Source of the DNA: Aquificaceae bacterium
GTDB taxonomy: Bacteria > Aquificota > Aquificia > Aquificales > Aquificaceae
Reading direction: 5' to 3'
Length of the DNA stretch: 51,626 nucleotides
Assembly (NCBI GenBank): GCA_015492115.1
Contig: WGFS01000197.1
Coordinates: forward strand, 1 to 51,626
This document shows, piece after piece, positions 37,643 through 47,256 of this stretch (positions are counted from its first letter, which is position 1; each line of letters begins with the position of its first letter). The notes beneath the pieces are model-generated. The model saw only the letters and a program-made list of their open reading frames with translations. It did not search any database and was not told the DNA's origin. The position numbers were made by a program, and so were the translations under genes.

Positions 37643-38367
37643 CGAGCTATGCTGTTCACCCTCGCCTGAACCTCATCAACAGCCTGAATGAGACGAGCGT
37701 AAGTCTCGTGCGCCCTTGACGTCTCTATGAGCCTTACCATCTCCACTATACCGTTCACATTGGAAAGCTCTATGAAACCCTGCCTCACCGAGTATCCCTG
37801 TGCTGGCTGTGGCGTTCCTGTAAAGAAGTCCTCTCCAGCCTTCCGGGCGTCGGGTAGAGACCATACCCCTATCTGCTGACCCGGAACACCATCGGTGTAT
37901 ACAGTCCCCTGGGGGTCAACGTCCACTTTGTTACCCTCTATCTTTATCTCCCTGTTTTTCCTGTCAAGGAGTCTGTAGCCCTCCTCGGTAACAAGATAGC
38001 CTTCGCTGTCCAGTCTGAAGTCTCCCTTCCTTGTGAACCTTATCCCCTCCGGCGTCCTGACAGCAAAGAAACCCTCGCCGTCTATGGCCAAATCCAAGGG
38101 GTTCCCCGTTTCCCTGAGAGGACCCTGGGAGAGGTCTGTGAATATTCCGCTCATCATAGGATAGACGAAGTTGTTGGTTGGGTTTTCCGCTGAAAGGCTT
38201 GGTATCTGACCTCCCATGTCCGTGTACCAGCTTGAGACCTCAACGAAGTCCTTCTTGAAAGAGGGCGTGTCCATGTTGGCAAGGTTGTTGGTTGTTACCG
38301 CAAGCTTTCTCTCCTGCAGGAGCATACCGCTTGAGAGTATAAAGAGAGGTTGATAGTCTAAAGCCAT
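37639..38367 (-). CDS. flgF: Flagellar basal-body rod protein (FlgF/FlgG family)
   Basis: NNLANMDT, TGNPLDLAIDGEGFF, TRKGDF, ELSNVN. Confidence 0.8.
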   Translation of the reverse strand: MALDYQPLFILSSGMLLQERKLAVTTNNLANMDTPSFKKDFVEVSSWYTDMGGQIPSLSAENPTNNFVYPMMSGIFTDLSQGPLRETGNPLDLAIDGEGFFAVRTPEGIRFTRKGDFRLDSEGYLVTEEGYRLLDRKNREIKIEGNKVDVDPQGTVYTDGVPGQQIGVWSLPDARKAGEDFFTGTPQPAQGYSVRQGFIELSNVNGIVEMVRLIETSRAHETYARLIQAVDEVQARVNSIAR

Positions 38368-38377
38368 ATTTCCCTCC

Positions 38378-38941
38378 TTACAGAGATATATTGACTTTCT
38401 GCCCGGCTTTCATAAGCTCTTCCATCTTTGCGACAGCTTCCGCAAAGTCGCATATGTATCCCCCGAATCCCTTCGCGAACCTCTCCGCATTTTCCCTGTC
38501 CGCAAAAACGAAGGCTGATGGAGTGCAACAGGGTGTTGCTGAACTTCCAACAACAAAGGTTCCCATGAAGGCGTTTATGGGGTTGCAGGTTATAAAGTCT
38601 CTCGTTATTGCCATCTCAACCTTATCCTTACTCAAGCTCTTGTATGCTATGAGCCCACAGTGAGCACAGCAGGTGTGCACCTTCCGTCCCCCGCTCAGGA
38701 TGTATATAAAGGCTAATCTCAGATCAACCTCCTTACCGCAGACCGCGCAGGCGCTCTCCCGTATGCTTTCATCTCTCTTAAGCTCTATATTGCCGTGCCT
38801 GCGTACGATCCTCCCCTCCTCCTCCAGCTCCTTCAGGTCTCTGTATATGGTCATCAGGGATACGTTGAAGTGCTTTGCGAGCTCCTTAGCAGTGGTAAAC
38901 CCTTCTTCCACCAGCTTTATGATCTCTTCCTTCCTTCCCAT
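38378..38941 (-). CDS. DeoR-HTH regulator with Cys-rich NosL-like domain (YcnK/CutR-like)
   Basis: LAKHFNVSLMTIYRDL; CAVC, CCAHCG, PCCTPS, AERFAKGFGG. Confidence 0.85.
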   Translation of the reverse strand: MGRKEEIIKLVEEGFTTAKELAKHFNVSLMTIYRDLKELEEEGRIVRRHGNIELKRDESIRESACAVCGKEVDLRLAFIYILSGGRKVHTCCAHCGLIAYKSLSKDKVEMAITRDFITCNPINAFMGTFVVGSSATPCCTPSAFVFADRENAERFAKGFGGYICDFAEAVAKMEELMKAGQKVNISL

Positions 38942-39090
38942 ATCTAAAATAAACTTATAACGCTGTGGACTTCTGTAAACTATAAATCGGCATTATCACG
39001 GTATTAATAAAAAGTAATAGTCACTTTATAAAAATATGGTGATAATCTAATGTAAGGGTTTCCATGTAAATTTTAAAGGAGGTGTGTAGT

Positions 39091-39327
39091 ATGGCAAGCG
39101 TTACTGCCGATAAGACACTTGATACTTCAGGACTTAACTGTCCCCTTCCCGTTCTAAAGACCAAGAAAGCCCTTGAGGAGCTTCAGAGTGGTCAGATACT
39201 GGAGGTTATATCCACAGACCCCGGCTCCAAGGCTGACATACCTGCATTCTGTCAGAGGACAGGACATGAACTCGTAGAGACAGTGGAAGAAGGAGGTAAG
39301 TACATCTTCTACATTAAGAAAAAGTAA
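39091..39327 (+). CDS. tusA: Sulfurtransferase TusA
   Basis: LDTSGLNCPLP, TDPGSKADIP. Confidence 0.95.
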   Translation: MASVTADKTLDTSGLNCPLPVLKTKKALEELQSGQILEVISTDPGSKADIPAFCQRTGHELVETVEEGGKYIFYIKKK

Positions 39328-39339
39328 AGGAGGGTAGCC

Positions 39340-39888
39340 ATGGCAACCGAAAGACTTGCAATAATAGCGACAAAAGGAACATTAGACTGGGCTTACCCTC
39401 CCCTTATACTTGCCTCAACCGCAGCCTCCCTTGGCGTTGAGACCGCTATATTCTTTACCTTTTACGGACTCAACATAATCCATAGGGAAAAGATGAAGCA
39501 TCTGAAGATAGCTCCTGTGGGGAACCCGGGTATGCCGATGGCGTTCCCCCCCTCGGTGAAGAAGACGCCCATAGCTGGACAGCTCGCGGGACTTATGGAG
39601 GCTATCTTCCCCGGTCCGCCTCAGCTCATGGGAGTTATACCTGGAATGACGGACTTCATGACGGTCATGATGAAGAAGACCATGAAGGACCACGGTGTTG
39701 CGTCTGTTGAAGAGCTGATAGAGCTGTGTAAGGAGGCTGATGTCAAGCTCATACCCTGCCAGATGACGATGGAACTCTTTGACTACAAGTACGAAGACCT
39801 CATAGATGGGCTTGAGCCTCCGGGAGGAGCTGCCACCTTTATCAACTACGTTCTTGAGGCGGATAAACCCATGATAATCTTTGTCTAA
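39340..39888 (+). CDS. dsrE2: DsrE2-type sulfur carrier
   Basis: KGTLDWAYPP, FFTFYGL, CQMTM. Confidence 0.88.
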   Translation: MATERLAIIATKGTLDWAYPPLILASTAASLGVETAIFFTFYGLNIIHREKMKHLKIAPVGNPGMPMAFPPSVKKTPIAGQLAGLMEAIFPGPPQLMGVIPGMTDFMTVMMKKTMKDHGVASVEELIELCKEADVKLIPCQMTMELFDYKYEDLIDGLEPPGGAATFINYVLEADKPMIIFV

Positions 39889-39908
39889 AAAACTTTAGGA
39901 GGAAAGAG

Positions 39909-40334
39909 ATGGCGGCACAAGAGTACGAGAAGCTTCTGTTCTACATCCTGACCGTTCCCTTCTTTGAAAGGGCTGAACCCACGACCGGTGAGCTCATAAA
40001 CCCCCAGGCGGGAGCTCCCTTCTTCCTCGCAACCGCTGCCACCACCATGGACTACGAAGTTGAGATGGTTATAACCTCCGAAGCTGGCTTCCTTCTTATG
40101 AAAGACAATGCAAAGAAGGTTAAGGTCAGACCTGGCGTTGAGCAAACCGTTTACGACTTCATAGTTATGGCTAAAGAGGCTGGCGTGAAGATATACCTCT
40201 GTGTTCCCTCCCTTGACCTCACAGACGTTTACAAGAAGGAAGACGTGAACGAAGAGCTCTGCGATGGGATAATAGGCGGTGCTGCGTTCTTGGACAAGCT
40301 CATGAGCGGTGAGTATGCTGTCATATCCTTGTAA
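39909..40334 (+). CDS. DsrE3-type sulfurtransferase (DsrE3C-like)
   Basis: APFFLAT, AKEAGVKIYLC, GGAAF; position in the shdr cluster. Confidence 0.85.
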   Translation: MAAQEYEKLLFYILTVPFFERAEPTTGELINPQAGAPFFLATAATTMDYEVEMVITSEAGFLLMKDNAKKVKVRPGVEQTVYDFIVMAKEAGVKIYLCVPSLDLTDVYKKEDVNEELCDGIIGGAAFLDKLMSGEYAVISL

Positions 40335-40340
40335 ATCAAT

Positions 40341-40358
40341 GGGGAGGGCTACCTCCCC
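40341..40358 (+). terminator. GC hairpin after tusA-dsrE2-dsrE3 (terminator or stability element)
   Basis: GGGGAGG-GCTA-CCTCCCC; no clear U-tract. Confidence 0.5.
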
Positions 40359-40365
40359 CTCCATC

Positions 40366-40391
40366 AAAAATATGATTATAAGCATATTTTT
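40366..40391. promoter_or_regulatory. Near-perfect 26-bp palindrome, candidate operator upstream of shdrC1
   Basis: AAAAATATG-A-TTATAA-G-CATATTTTT. Confidence 0.6.
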
Positions 40392-40477
40392 ATATCCCTA
40401 TAACAAAATTTTTTTGTTTTATCCGGAGAAGGAAAGTAACTTAGTATCTGTGGATACCACTTTGAGGAGGTGTTGAG

Positions 40478-41212
40478 ATGGAAGGACATCCTTACGGATA
40501 CAACATACCCATATCCGAGAAGACCAAGGAGGTTCCCTGGGAGGAGAAGGTAAGGGTTTACGAGGAGGTCAAATCCGATTTCCGTTTTAAGGAGTTCCTC
40601 TTCGGATGCCTGAACTGCGGGGTCTGCACAGCATCGTGCCCTTCAAATAGATTCTTTGATTACTCTCCAAGGGAGATAGTCCAGAGATTCCTTGAGGAGG
40701 ACGTTGAAGTCATATACGACATGATGCACGAATACATATGGGCGTGCTCCCAGTGCTTCACCTGCTGGATAAGGTGCCCCTTCGTCAACAACCCCGGCGG
40801 ACTCGTGATAATAATGAGGGAGGTCGCGGTAAGAAACGCCTTTGAGGCTACCAAAGACCTTCTCAAGCCATACGGAAGGGTTCTTCTGAAGGTCATGACC
40901 ACCGGTAACCAGCTCTCAGCGGACATGCTACAGCCGGACTTTTTCCCCGACTGGGGTCCCAAGATGCAGGACAACATGGAGAACATCAGGGCAAAGAGGA
41001 TGGCGATACCCTTTGACGTTGGTAAGTCCGTCAAGACCGCCTGGGAGGTCTCCCTTGAGACAGCCATAGAGATGTACACCATATGGAGAGAGACGGGTAT
41101 CTTTGAGATGCTTGAGAAGCTCGACCCCAACCTCTACAACGTCATAATGGACATAGTTGAGGAGAACGAGGAGCGTTGGGAAGAGCTCATGGAAGAGGAG
41201 GAAGAGGAGTAA
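40478..41212 (+). CDS. shdrC1: Sulfur-oxidising heterodisulfide reductase-like subunit C1
   Basis: CLNCGVCTASCP and CSQCFTCWIRCP ferredoxin motifs; cluster order. Confidence 0.92.
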   Translation: MEGHPYGYNIPISEKTKEVPWEEKVRVYEEVKSDFRFKEFLFGCLNCGVCTASCPSNRFFDYSPREIVQRFLEEDVEVIYDMMHEYIWACSQCFTCWIRCPFVNNPGGLVIIMREVAVRNAFEATKDLLKPYGRVLLKVMTTGNQLSADMLQPDFFPDWGPKMQDNMENIRAKRMAIPFDVGKSVKTAWEVSLETAIEMYTIWRETGIFEMLEKLDPNLYNVIMDIVEENEERWEELMEEEEEE

Positions 41213-41266
41213 TATGCTAACTGAAGGGGCTGAAACCCCAAGGAAAAATTTAAAGGAGGTGTAATT

Positions 41267-42604
41267 ATGGGACATGGAAAAAGCCCATATTTGAGATATG
41301 CGGAGCCCGAACCCTTTCCAATACTGAACAAACACTCTCACTACGACCATCTCTTTGAGGAGATGCACGAGCTTGAGGAGAAGGGCGAGATCCTCGTTTA
41401 CAGGATCACCGAGGAGAACAAGCCTGTTGAGGTTTTTACAAGAACCGGAAGGATAAAGACGATCCCCACCGCCAAACTCTGGCACCACAAGTCCTGCGGT
41501 CAGTGCGGTAACATACCCGGATACCCTGCATCCATCTTCTGGTTCATGAACAAGTTCGGCTATGACTACCTCAACGAGCCTCACCAGACCTCCTGCACAG
41601 CCTGGAACTACCACGGTTCTGGAACCTCAAACCCCGTCGCTCTCGCAGCGGTCTGGCTCAGGAACATGCACCAGGCATGGAAGACCGGATACTACCCGCT
41701 CATACACTGCGGAACCTCCTTCGGTTCCTACAAGGAGACCAGGGAACAGCTCATATTCAACAAGGAGCTTAGGGACGCGGTCAAGCCTATACTCAAGAAG
41801 CTCGGAAGGCTTACCGAGGATGGAAGGATCATCATACCCCAGGAGGTCGTCCACTACTCCGAGTGGGTCCATGCTATGAGGCACAAGATAGCCGAACTCT
41901 ACGAGAAGGAGGGTAAGGCAAAGGGAATAGACGTCTCCAACGTCAGGGTAGCCATACACAACGCCTGCCACACCTGGAAGATGATGGCTGACGACTATCC
42001 CTACGACCCTGAGGTTTACAACGGACAGAGACCTGCAGCATCCACCGCTGTTGTCAAGGCTCTCGGAGCTCAGGTGGTTGACTACTCAACCTGGTACGAC
42101 TGCTGTGGTTTCGGTTTCAGGCACATACTCACAGAGAGGGAGTTTACGAGATCCTTCGCCATACAGAGGAAGCTCAAGGTCATAGCCGAAGAGATAAAGG
42201 CTGACCTCATAGTAACCCACGATACCGGATGCACAACGACCTTTGAGAAGAACCAGTGGATAGGAAAGGCTCACGGAATGTACCACCCGGTGGCGGTCAT
42301 GTCCGACGTAATGTTCTCAGCTCTCGCATGCGGTGCTCATCCCTTCAAGATAGTTCAGCTCTACTGGAACTGCTCCAACTACGAACCACTCCTTGAGAAG
42401 ATGGGAATAACCAACTGGAAGGAGCTCAAGAAGGAGTGGGAAGACACGGTAAAGCACATAGCTGAGCTGGAGAAGGAAGGCAAGTACGACGAACTGGTGG
42501 AGTTCTTCAAAGAGTATGACCTCTACGAGCCTTACAGCAGAACCTCTGACGGGTTCAAGAGGCGCAGGTCCGCATCCGCAGACATGCCTCTATTTAAGTC
42601 TTAG
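41267..42604 (+). CDS. shdrB1: sHdr subunit B1
   Basis: HKSCGQC, QTSCTAW, DCCGFG CCG domain. Confidence 0.92.
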   Translation: MGHGKSPYLRYAEPEPFPILNKHSHYDHLFEEMHELEEKGEILVYRITEENKPVEVFTRTGRIKTIPTAKLWHHKSCGQCGNIPGYPASIFWFMNKFGYDYLNEPHQTSCTAWNYHGSGTSNPVALAAVWLRNMHQAWKTGYYPLIHCGTSFGSYKETREQLIFNKELRDAVKPILKKLGRLTEDGRIIIPQEVVHYSEWVHAMRHKIAELYEKEGKAKGIDVSNVRVAIHNACHTWKMMADDYPYDPEVYNGQRPAASTAVVKALGAQVVDYSTWYDCCGFGFRHILTEREFTRSFAIQRKLKVIAEEIKADLIVTHDTGCTTTFEKNQWIGKAHGMYHPVAVMSDVMFSALACGAHPFKIVQLYWNCSNYEPLLEKMGITNWKELKKEWEDTVKHIAELEKEGKYDELVEFFKEYDLYEPYSRTSDGFKRRRSASADMPLFKS

Positions 42605-42669
42605 GTTGGATAGCTTTTGGGGAGCCCGTCTCCCCTTTACTCTATAACTCTTGATTAAGGAGGTTGGAA

Positions 42670-43728
42670 ATGGCAAAGAGTGTTCTGGTAGTCGGAGGAG
42701 GTCCAGCAGGACTCGCGGCAGCAAGAACCCTTGGTAAGCTCGGAATACCCACCATTCTCGTTGAGAAGGAGCAGAAGCTCGGTGGGAGACCGGTAATTGA
42801 GGACTACCACACCCTGATACCCAGGAAGATGACCCCCCAGCAGGTCATAGGACCATTCATTGAGGAGGTCCAGAACAATCCCAACGTTGATGTTAAACTC
42901 GGTGTTGAGCTTGAAGCCTGTGAGGGTGAGGCACCCAACTTCAAGGTAAAGCTCTCCAACGGAGAGGAACACGAGGTTGGAGCGATAGTGGTTGCCACAG
43001 GCTTCCAGCACTTTGACGCCAAGAGGAAGGGTGAGCTCGGCTACGGTATATACCCAGATGTCATAACAAACCTTGAGCTTGAGCAGATGTTCTCAAGGGA
43101 AGGGAAGCTCTACAGACCTTCAAACGGACAGCTCCCCAAGAGGGTAGCCTTCGTATTCTGTGTTGGTTCAAGGGACAGACAGCTTGGTGTGACCAACGTT
43201 CACTGCTGTAGGTATGGATGTGCACTCTCCGGTCTTCAGGGAACGGAGATAAGGGAGAAGTATCCCGATGTTGACGTATTCTGCTACTACATGGACGTCA
43301 GGACTTACGGGACATGGGAGTATCCCTTCTACTGGGCTCCTCAGGAGAAGCACGGTGTCAGGTACGTGAGGGGTAGGATAGCGGAGATAACCTATAGCCC
43401 CACGGATGGCAGGCTCAGGGTCAAGCACGAGGACACGATAGTCCAGAGACCCGCAGAAGTACCCATGGATCTCGTGGTTCTCGTTCTCGGTATGGAGCCC
43501 TCCGAGGGTACAAAGAAGGTAGCGAAGGTTCTCGGTCTCGCTCAGGATCCTGACAGCCAGTTCCTCGTTCCGGCGGAGGATGCAGGCTCAAACATAATAT
43601 CCAACAAGACCGGTGTCTTCATAGCGGGAGCCTGTAAGGGACCCATAGACATAGAGTCCTCCCTCTCAGAGGGTGAAGCTGCTGGAGCAGAAGCTGCAAC
43701 ATTTATAGGAGCGAAGGTGTCAGCGTGA
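42670..43728 (+). CDS. shdrA: sHdr flavoprotein subunit A
   Basis: GGGPAG FAD motif, CVGSRD, CCRYGC. Confidence 0.93.
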   Translation: MAKSVLVVGGGPAGLAAARTLGKLGIPTILVEKEQKLGGRPVIEDYHTLIPRKMTPQQVIGPFIEEVQNNPNVDVKLGVELEACEGEAPNFKVKLSNGEEHEVGAIVVATGFQHFDAKRKGELGYGIYPDVITNLELEQMFSREGKLYRPSNGQLPKRVAFVFCVGSRDRQLGVTNVHCCRYGCALSGLQGTEIREKYPDVDVFCYYMDVRTYGTWEYPFYWAPQEKHGVRYVRGRIAEITYSPTDGRLRVKHEDTIVQRPAEVPMDLVVLVLGMEPSEGTKKVAKVLGLAQDPDSQFLVPAEDAGSNIISNKTGVFIAGACKGPIDIESSLSEGEAAGAEAATFIGAKVSA

Positions 43729-43729
43729 G

Positions 43730-44530
43730 ATGAGCGAAGAGAAGAGGGAAGGCGGTTTCAAGGCTGTACAGCTTGACGATGCACTTATCAGGGATTACCT
43801 GATAAAGATTCTGGGAGAAGGGGAAGAGTTTGCCCAGGAGTTCTATCAGGAACTCGTTGAGAAGTCCGAACTCTTCCAGAAAACCCTTGCCAAAGATAGA
43901 CTGCCTTCCCTCAAGGAAGAGGAGCTTGAGCAGATCTTTGAAAAGATATTCTCAGCGAGGAGGAAGAAGAAGGAGATAATAGAGGAAACGGGTATAGACA
44001 GGCTCAAGAAGGCTATAAGTGATCTCCTCTACGGAGACGAGAAGGGTGGATTCTTCAGGAAGAAGAAGGGAGAGGAGAGAACATGGGAAGAGAAGGTAGA
44101 TGAGTTCGCAAAACAACTCAGAGGTATAGACAGAAAGTCCGCAAGAGATATAGCTGCTGAGCTCCTTCACTTTACATTTCCAGACAGGTACATACTCTGG
44201 ACCAGCTGGATATGGGACCCCGAGAGTGAAACCGGGGCGATAGTCTTCCTGAAGGAAGAACCTCCCACGGGTGGACGTGGAAGAAGGATGTACGGAGAGA
44301 CCTACGAACAGTTCAAGCAGGTCTATGAGCAGATAGCTGAGAAGCTCCAGGAGTTCGGTATAAAGGTAAAGGGTTACCTGTTTGTGGACATATTCCTCGC
44401 AATGATATACGCAACCTACGTGGACTACATGACCCTATCAACCATGCACAGTGCAAAGGGTTTCTTCCCACCCGCTGGTGTTATGGCGAAGAGACTCCTC
44501 GGGGTTCACGCCCCAGTTGAATTTACTTAG
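43730..44530 (+). CDS. shdrH: sHdr-associated protein H
   Basis: AELLHF...WIWD...GA; between shdrA and shdrC2. Confidence 0.82.
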   Translation: MSEEKREGGFKAVQLDDALIRDYLIKILGEGEEFAQEFYQELVEKSELFQKTLAKDRLPSLKEEELEQIFEKIFSARRKKKEIIEETGIDRLKKAISDLLYGDEKGGFFRKKKGEERTWEEKVDEFAKQLRGIDRKSARDIAAELLHFTFPDRYILWTSWIWDPESETGAIVFLKEEPPTGGRGRRMYGETYEQFKQVYEQIAEKLQEFGIKVKGYLFVDIFLAMIYATYVDYMTLSTMHSAKGFFPPAGVMAKRLLGVHAPVEFT

Positions 44531-44542
44531 GAGGTGTGAGGT

Positions 44543-45304
44543 ATGGCAATTCACGAGAGGAGCCTTGTTGACCCGGAAAGGGTCCTGAGGAAGGAGAGGC
44601 TCGTTATTGATGGCGTTGATGTGTCAGGGGACTGGAACCTTATAATACTGCCGAGGGTTATACAGGACTACGATCTGGACTTTCTAAATGAAGTTTTAGA
44701 ACAGCCCGAGGGTAAAACCATACTCCAGTGTTATCAGTGCTCCTACTGCACAGCTTCCTGTCCCGTTCACAACTACTGGGATGAGAGGTACAACCCCAGG
44801 CACTTCATTCACCTTGCGAGGCTCGGTCTTATAGACGAGCTCCAGAAGCGTGCGGACGTGATGTGGAGGTGCGTCTCCTGTCACAAGTGCACCCACAGGT
44901 GTCCAAAAGGGGTTCTGGTTGAGGAAGTGCTGAAGGCTATTCTCAGGGTCATGGCTAAGAGAGGTGTGATTGAAGAGTATCCCTCCAAGAAGTTTGACAA
45001 GTTCTTCCTTGAGAGCGTTTACGAGTATGGAAGGATAGAGGACGGAGAGCTACTCTTCGGTTGGATAGAGAGACAGGGCTACCAGGTCGTTAAGGACCCC
45101 ATACTGAAGAAGCCCATACCTTTCGTGGGTGGAGTTCCGGAATGGCTCAAACAGCTCGCGGCAAAGCCCCTTAAGAGCATGAACATAGGCTTCCTCGTCC
45201 TCAACGCTAAGCACATGCTCTTCCATCCAAAAACCAAGAACTGGAACAGGTTCAAGCAGGTTCTGAGGAAGGTTATGGAGGAAGAGGGAGTCTTTGCCCA
45301 CTAA
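44543..45304 (+). CDS. shdrC2: sHdr subunit C2
   Basis: CYQCSYCTASCP, CVSCHKCTHRCP. Confidence 0.92.
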   Translation: MAIHERSLVDPERVLRKERLVIDGVDVSGDWNLIILPRVIQDYDLDFLNEVLEQPEGKTILQCYQCSYCTASCPVHNYWDERYNPRHFIHLARLGLIDELQKRADVMWRCVSCHKCTHRCPKGVLVEEVLKAILRVMAKRGVIEEYPSKKFDKFFLESVYEYGRIEDGELLFGWIERQGYQVVKDPILKKPIPFVGGVPEWLKQLAAKPLKSMNIGFLVLNAKHMLFHPKTKNWNRFKQVLRKVMEEEGVFAH

Positions 45305-45324
45305 TCCCTTTAGGAGGTGATGAG

Positions 45325-46311
45325 ATGGCAGTAGCACAGGTAAGAAAACCGCCCATGGGCGGTATAGGAAAGAGGGTAGCTTACTACCCTGGCTGTTCCC
45401 TTGAGGGTGCAGCGAGAGCCTACGATGTTTCTTTCAGGATCGTCGCCAAGGAACTCGGTCTTGAGCTTGACTACCTTGAAGACTACAACTGCTGTGGAGC
45501 TATGGAGACAAAGAACGTTACCTTCTGGGGAACAATGCTCCTCAACGCAAGGAACATGTCCCTTGCAAGGAGACAGGGACACGGAACCATAGTTGCTCCC
45601 TGTAACGGATGCTCCTTTGCCCTTCAGAGGGCTGAGTACTTCCTTGAGACGGATAAGAGTGTTTTTGAGAGGATAAATGCCCTCCTGAAAGAGGGAGGCG
45701 TTGACCCCCTTTCAGAGATACCCCATACCTATCACATCCTTGAGTGGCTTTACCATGAGGCTGGACCTGAGAAGGTTAAGGAGAGGACGAAGAAACCTCT
45801 TAAAGGTCTAAAGGTCGCCAACTACTATGGATGTCTCTATACGAGACCTCACTTCTACGCGAGAACTTACTCCCACGGAGGAACGGAAGAACAGGAGAGA
45901 CCAAGGATGAGGGAAACCGCGGATGACGATGAACACCCTTACTACATGGAGGCTCTACTTGAGGCAGCGGGTGCTACGAACGTTGAGTTTGAACCCATGC
46001 ACACCCAGTGCTGTGGTGGACCCCACTCCCTTTCCGACGAGCAGGTGTCCGAGAAGTTCGTCATGATGATCCTTCAGACCGCCAAGAGGAACGGAGCTGA
46101 CATAATAGCCACCGAATGTCCTCTCTGCCACGCTTCTCTGGAGATGTACAGACACAGGCTCATGATGAAGGGAGTTCCCGATGTGGACGTTCCCGCAGCG
46201 TATTTCACCCAGCTAATGGGGCTTGCCTTCGGATACAGCGCTGGCGACGTTAAGCTCAAAGATAACCTCTCCGACCCTCTGCCTGTCCTCAAGAAGTTTG
46301 GACTCGCTTGA
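45325..46311 (+). CDS. shdrB2: sHdr subunit B2
   Basis: YYPGCSL, NCCGA, YYGC, QCCGG, ECPLC. Confidence 0.92.
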   Translation: MAVAQVRKPPMGGIGKRVAYYPGCSLEGAARAYDVSFRIVAKELGLELDYLEDYNCCGAMETKNVTFWGTMLLNARNMSLARRQGHGTIVAPCNGCSFALQRAEYFLETDKSVFERINALLKEGGVDPLSEIPHTYHILEWLYHEAGPEKVKERTKKPLKGLKVANYYGCLYTRPHFYARTYSHGGTEEQERPRMRETADDDEHPYYMEALLEAAGATNVEFEPMHTQCCGGPHSLSDEQVSEKFVMMILQTAKRNGADIIATECPLCHASLEMYRHRLMMKGVPDVDVPAAYFTQLMGLAFGYSAGDVKLKDNLSDPLPVLKKFGLA

Positions 46312-46324
46312 TAGGGTGCGGGAG

Positions 46325-46729
46325 ATGGAAGAGGAAAAGAAGATAGTTATACTCATGACGAGCGGGCCGAGGACACCCTGGCGGTGCGCCTCGCCCTTCT
46401 ACATCGCTGCTCTCATGGCTGCAAACGATGCGGAGGTTGAGGTCTTCTTCAATATGGACGGCACCAACCTGATAAGGAAGGGTATAGCCCAGAAGATATG
46501 CCCCGTGGGCGAAGGAAACTGCTTCCAGGAGAACGGACAGAAACCCAAAACCGTTTACGACTTCATGAGGGATGCCAAGCTTGCCGGCGTTAAGTTCTTC
46601 TCCTGTAAACAGGCTGTGGATTCCTTGGGTCTTACAGAAGATGAGCTAATTCCAGAGCTTGACGGTGTTGTCCCTGCCAGTGAGTTTGCCATAAGAGCCA
46701 TGGAAGCTGACAAGCTGATAGTCTTCTAA
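46325..46729 (+). CDS. DsrE3-type sulfurtransferase (DsrE3B-like)
   Basis: RCASPFYIA, AGVKFFSC; ATG at 46325 after GGGAG. Confidence 0.83.
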   Translation: MEEEKKIVILMTSGPRTPWRCASPFYIAALMAANDAEVEVFFNMDGTNLIRKGIAQKICPVGEGNCFQENGQKPKTVYDFMRDAKLAGVKFFSCKQAVDSLGLTEDELIPELDGVVPASEFAIRAMEADKLIVF

Positions 46730-46774
46730 ATGGGATAGAATATTCTCTAAATTCCAGTAAACGGGAGGTGCAAG

Positions 46775-47221
46775 ATGGCAGAGGTAAACGGATGCCAGGT
46801 CCCCGAGGACCTTCTCTATCATGTTGACCCGGAGGCAAACGCCTTTACGTGGGTCAAGGACAACGGTGATGGAACTTACACGGTAGGTCTCACCTCAATA
46901 GCTGCCGCTATGGCTGGAAGGCTGGTCGCATACACCCCAAAGAAGGTCGGGAAGACCGTTAAGAAGGGAAAGAGCGTTGCGACCATTGAGAGTGGAAAGT
47001 GGGTTGGACCTGTCCCCGCACCCTTTGAGGGTGAGATCGTTGAGATCAATGAGGGATTGAAAGGAAATCCCGCCCTCGTTAACGACGACCCCTACGGTCA
47101 GGGATGGGTAGTCAAACTAAAGCCCACCAATCCCGACGACATAAACCAGCTCCTCAAGGGACCCGAGGCTGTGGAGGCTCTCAGAAAGGTAGCTGAAGAG
47201 AAGGGCGTTAAGTGTGGATGA
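46775..47221 (+). CDS. lbpA: Lipoate-binding protein LbpA (GcvH-like)
   Basis: IESGKWVG lipoyl-Lys motif, NDDPYGQGW, N- and C-terminal Cys. Confidence 0.92.
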   Translation: MAEVNGCQVPEDLLYHVDPEANAFTWVKDNGDGTYTVGLTSIAAAMAGRLVAYTPKKVGKTVKKGKSVATIESGKWVGPVPAPFEGEIVEINEGLKGNPALVNDDPYGQGWVVKLKPTNPDDINQLLKGPEAVEALRKVAEEKGVKCG

Positions 47222-47226
47222 GAAAT

Positions 47227-47244
47227 ACGGGGCGTTCGCCCCGT
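47227..47244 (+). terminator. GC hairpin after lbpA
   Basis: ACGGGGC-GTTC-GCCCCGT. Confidence 0.5.
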
Positions 47245-47256
47245 CCTTAAAAGATC

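Noticed and set aside
46223-46324. N-terminal extension of the second DsrE3
   Set aside because: Overlaps shdrB2; ATG at 46325 has an RBS
47213-47250. lbpA ends CG-TGA followed by a hairpin, a possible second Sec codon
   Set aside because: LbpA proteins normally end near this C-terminal Cys, the loop is only about 13 nt from the TGA, and the readthrough peptide looks non-conserved; more likely a terminator/stability hairpin
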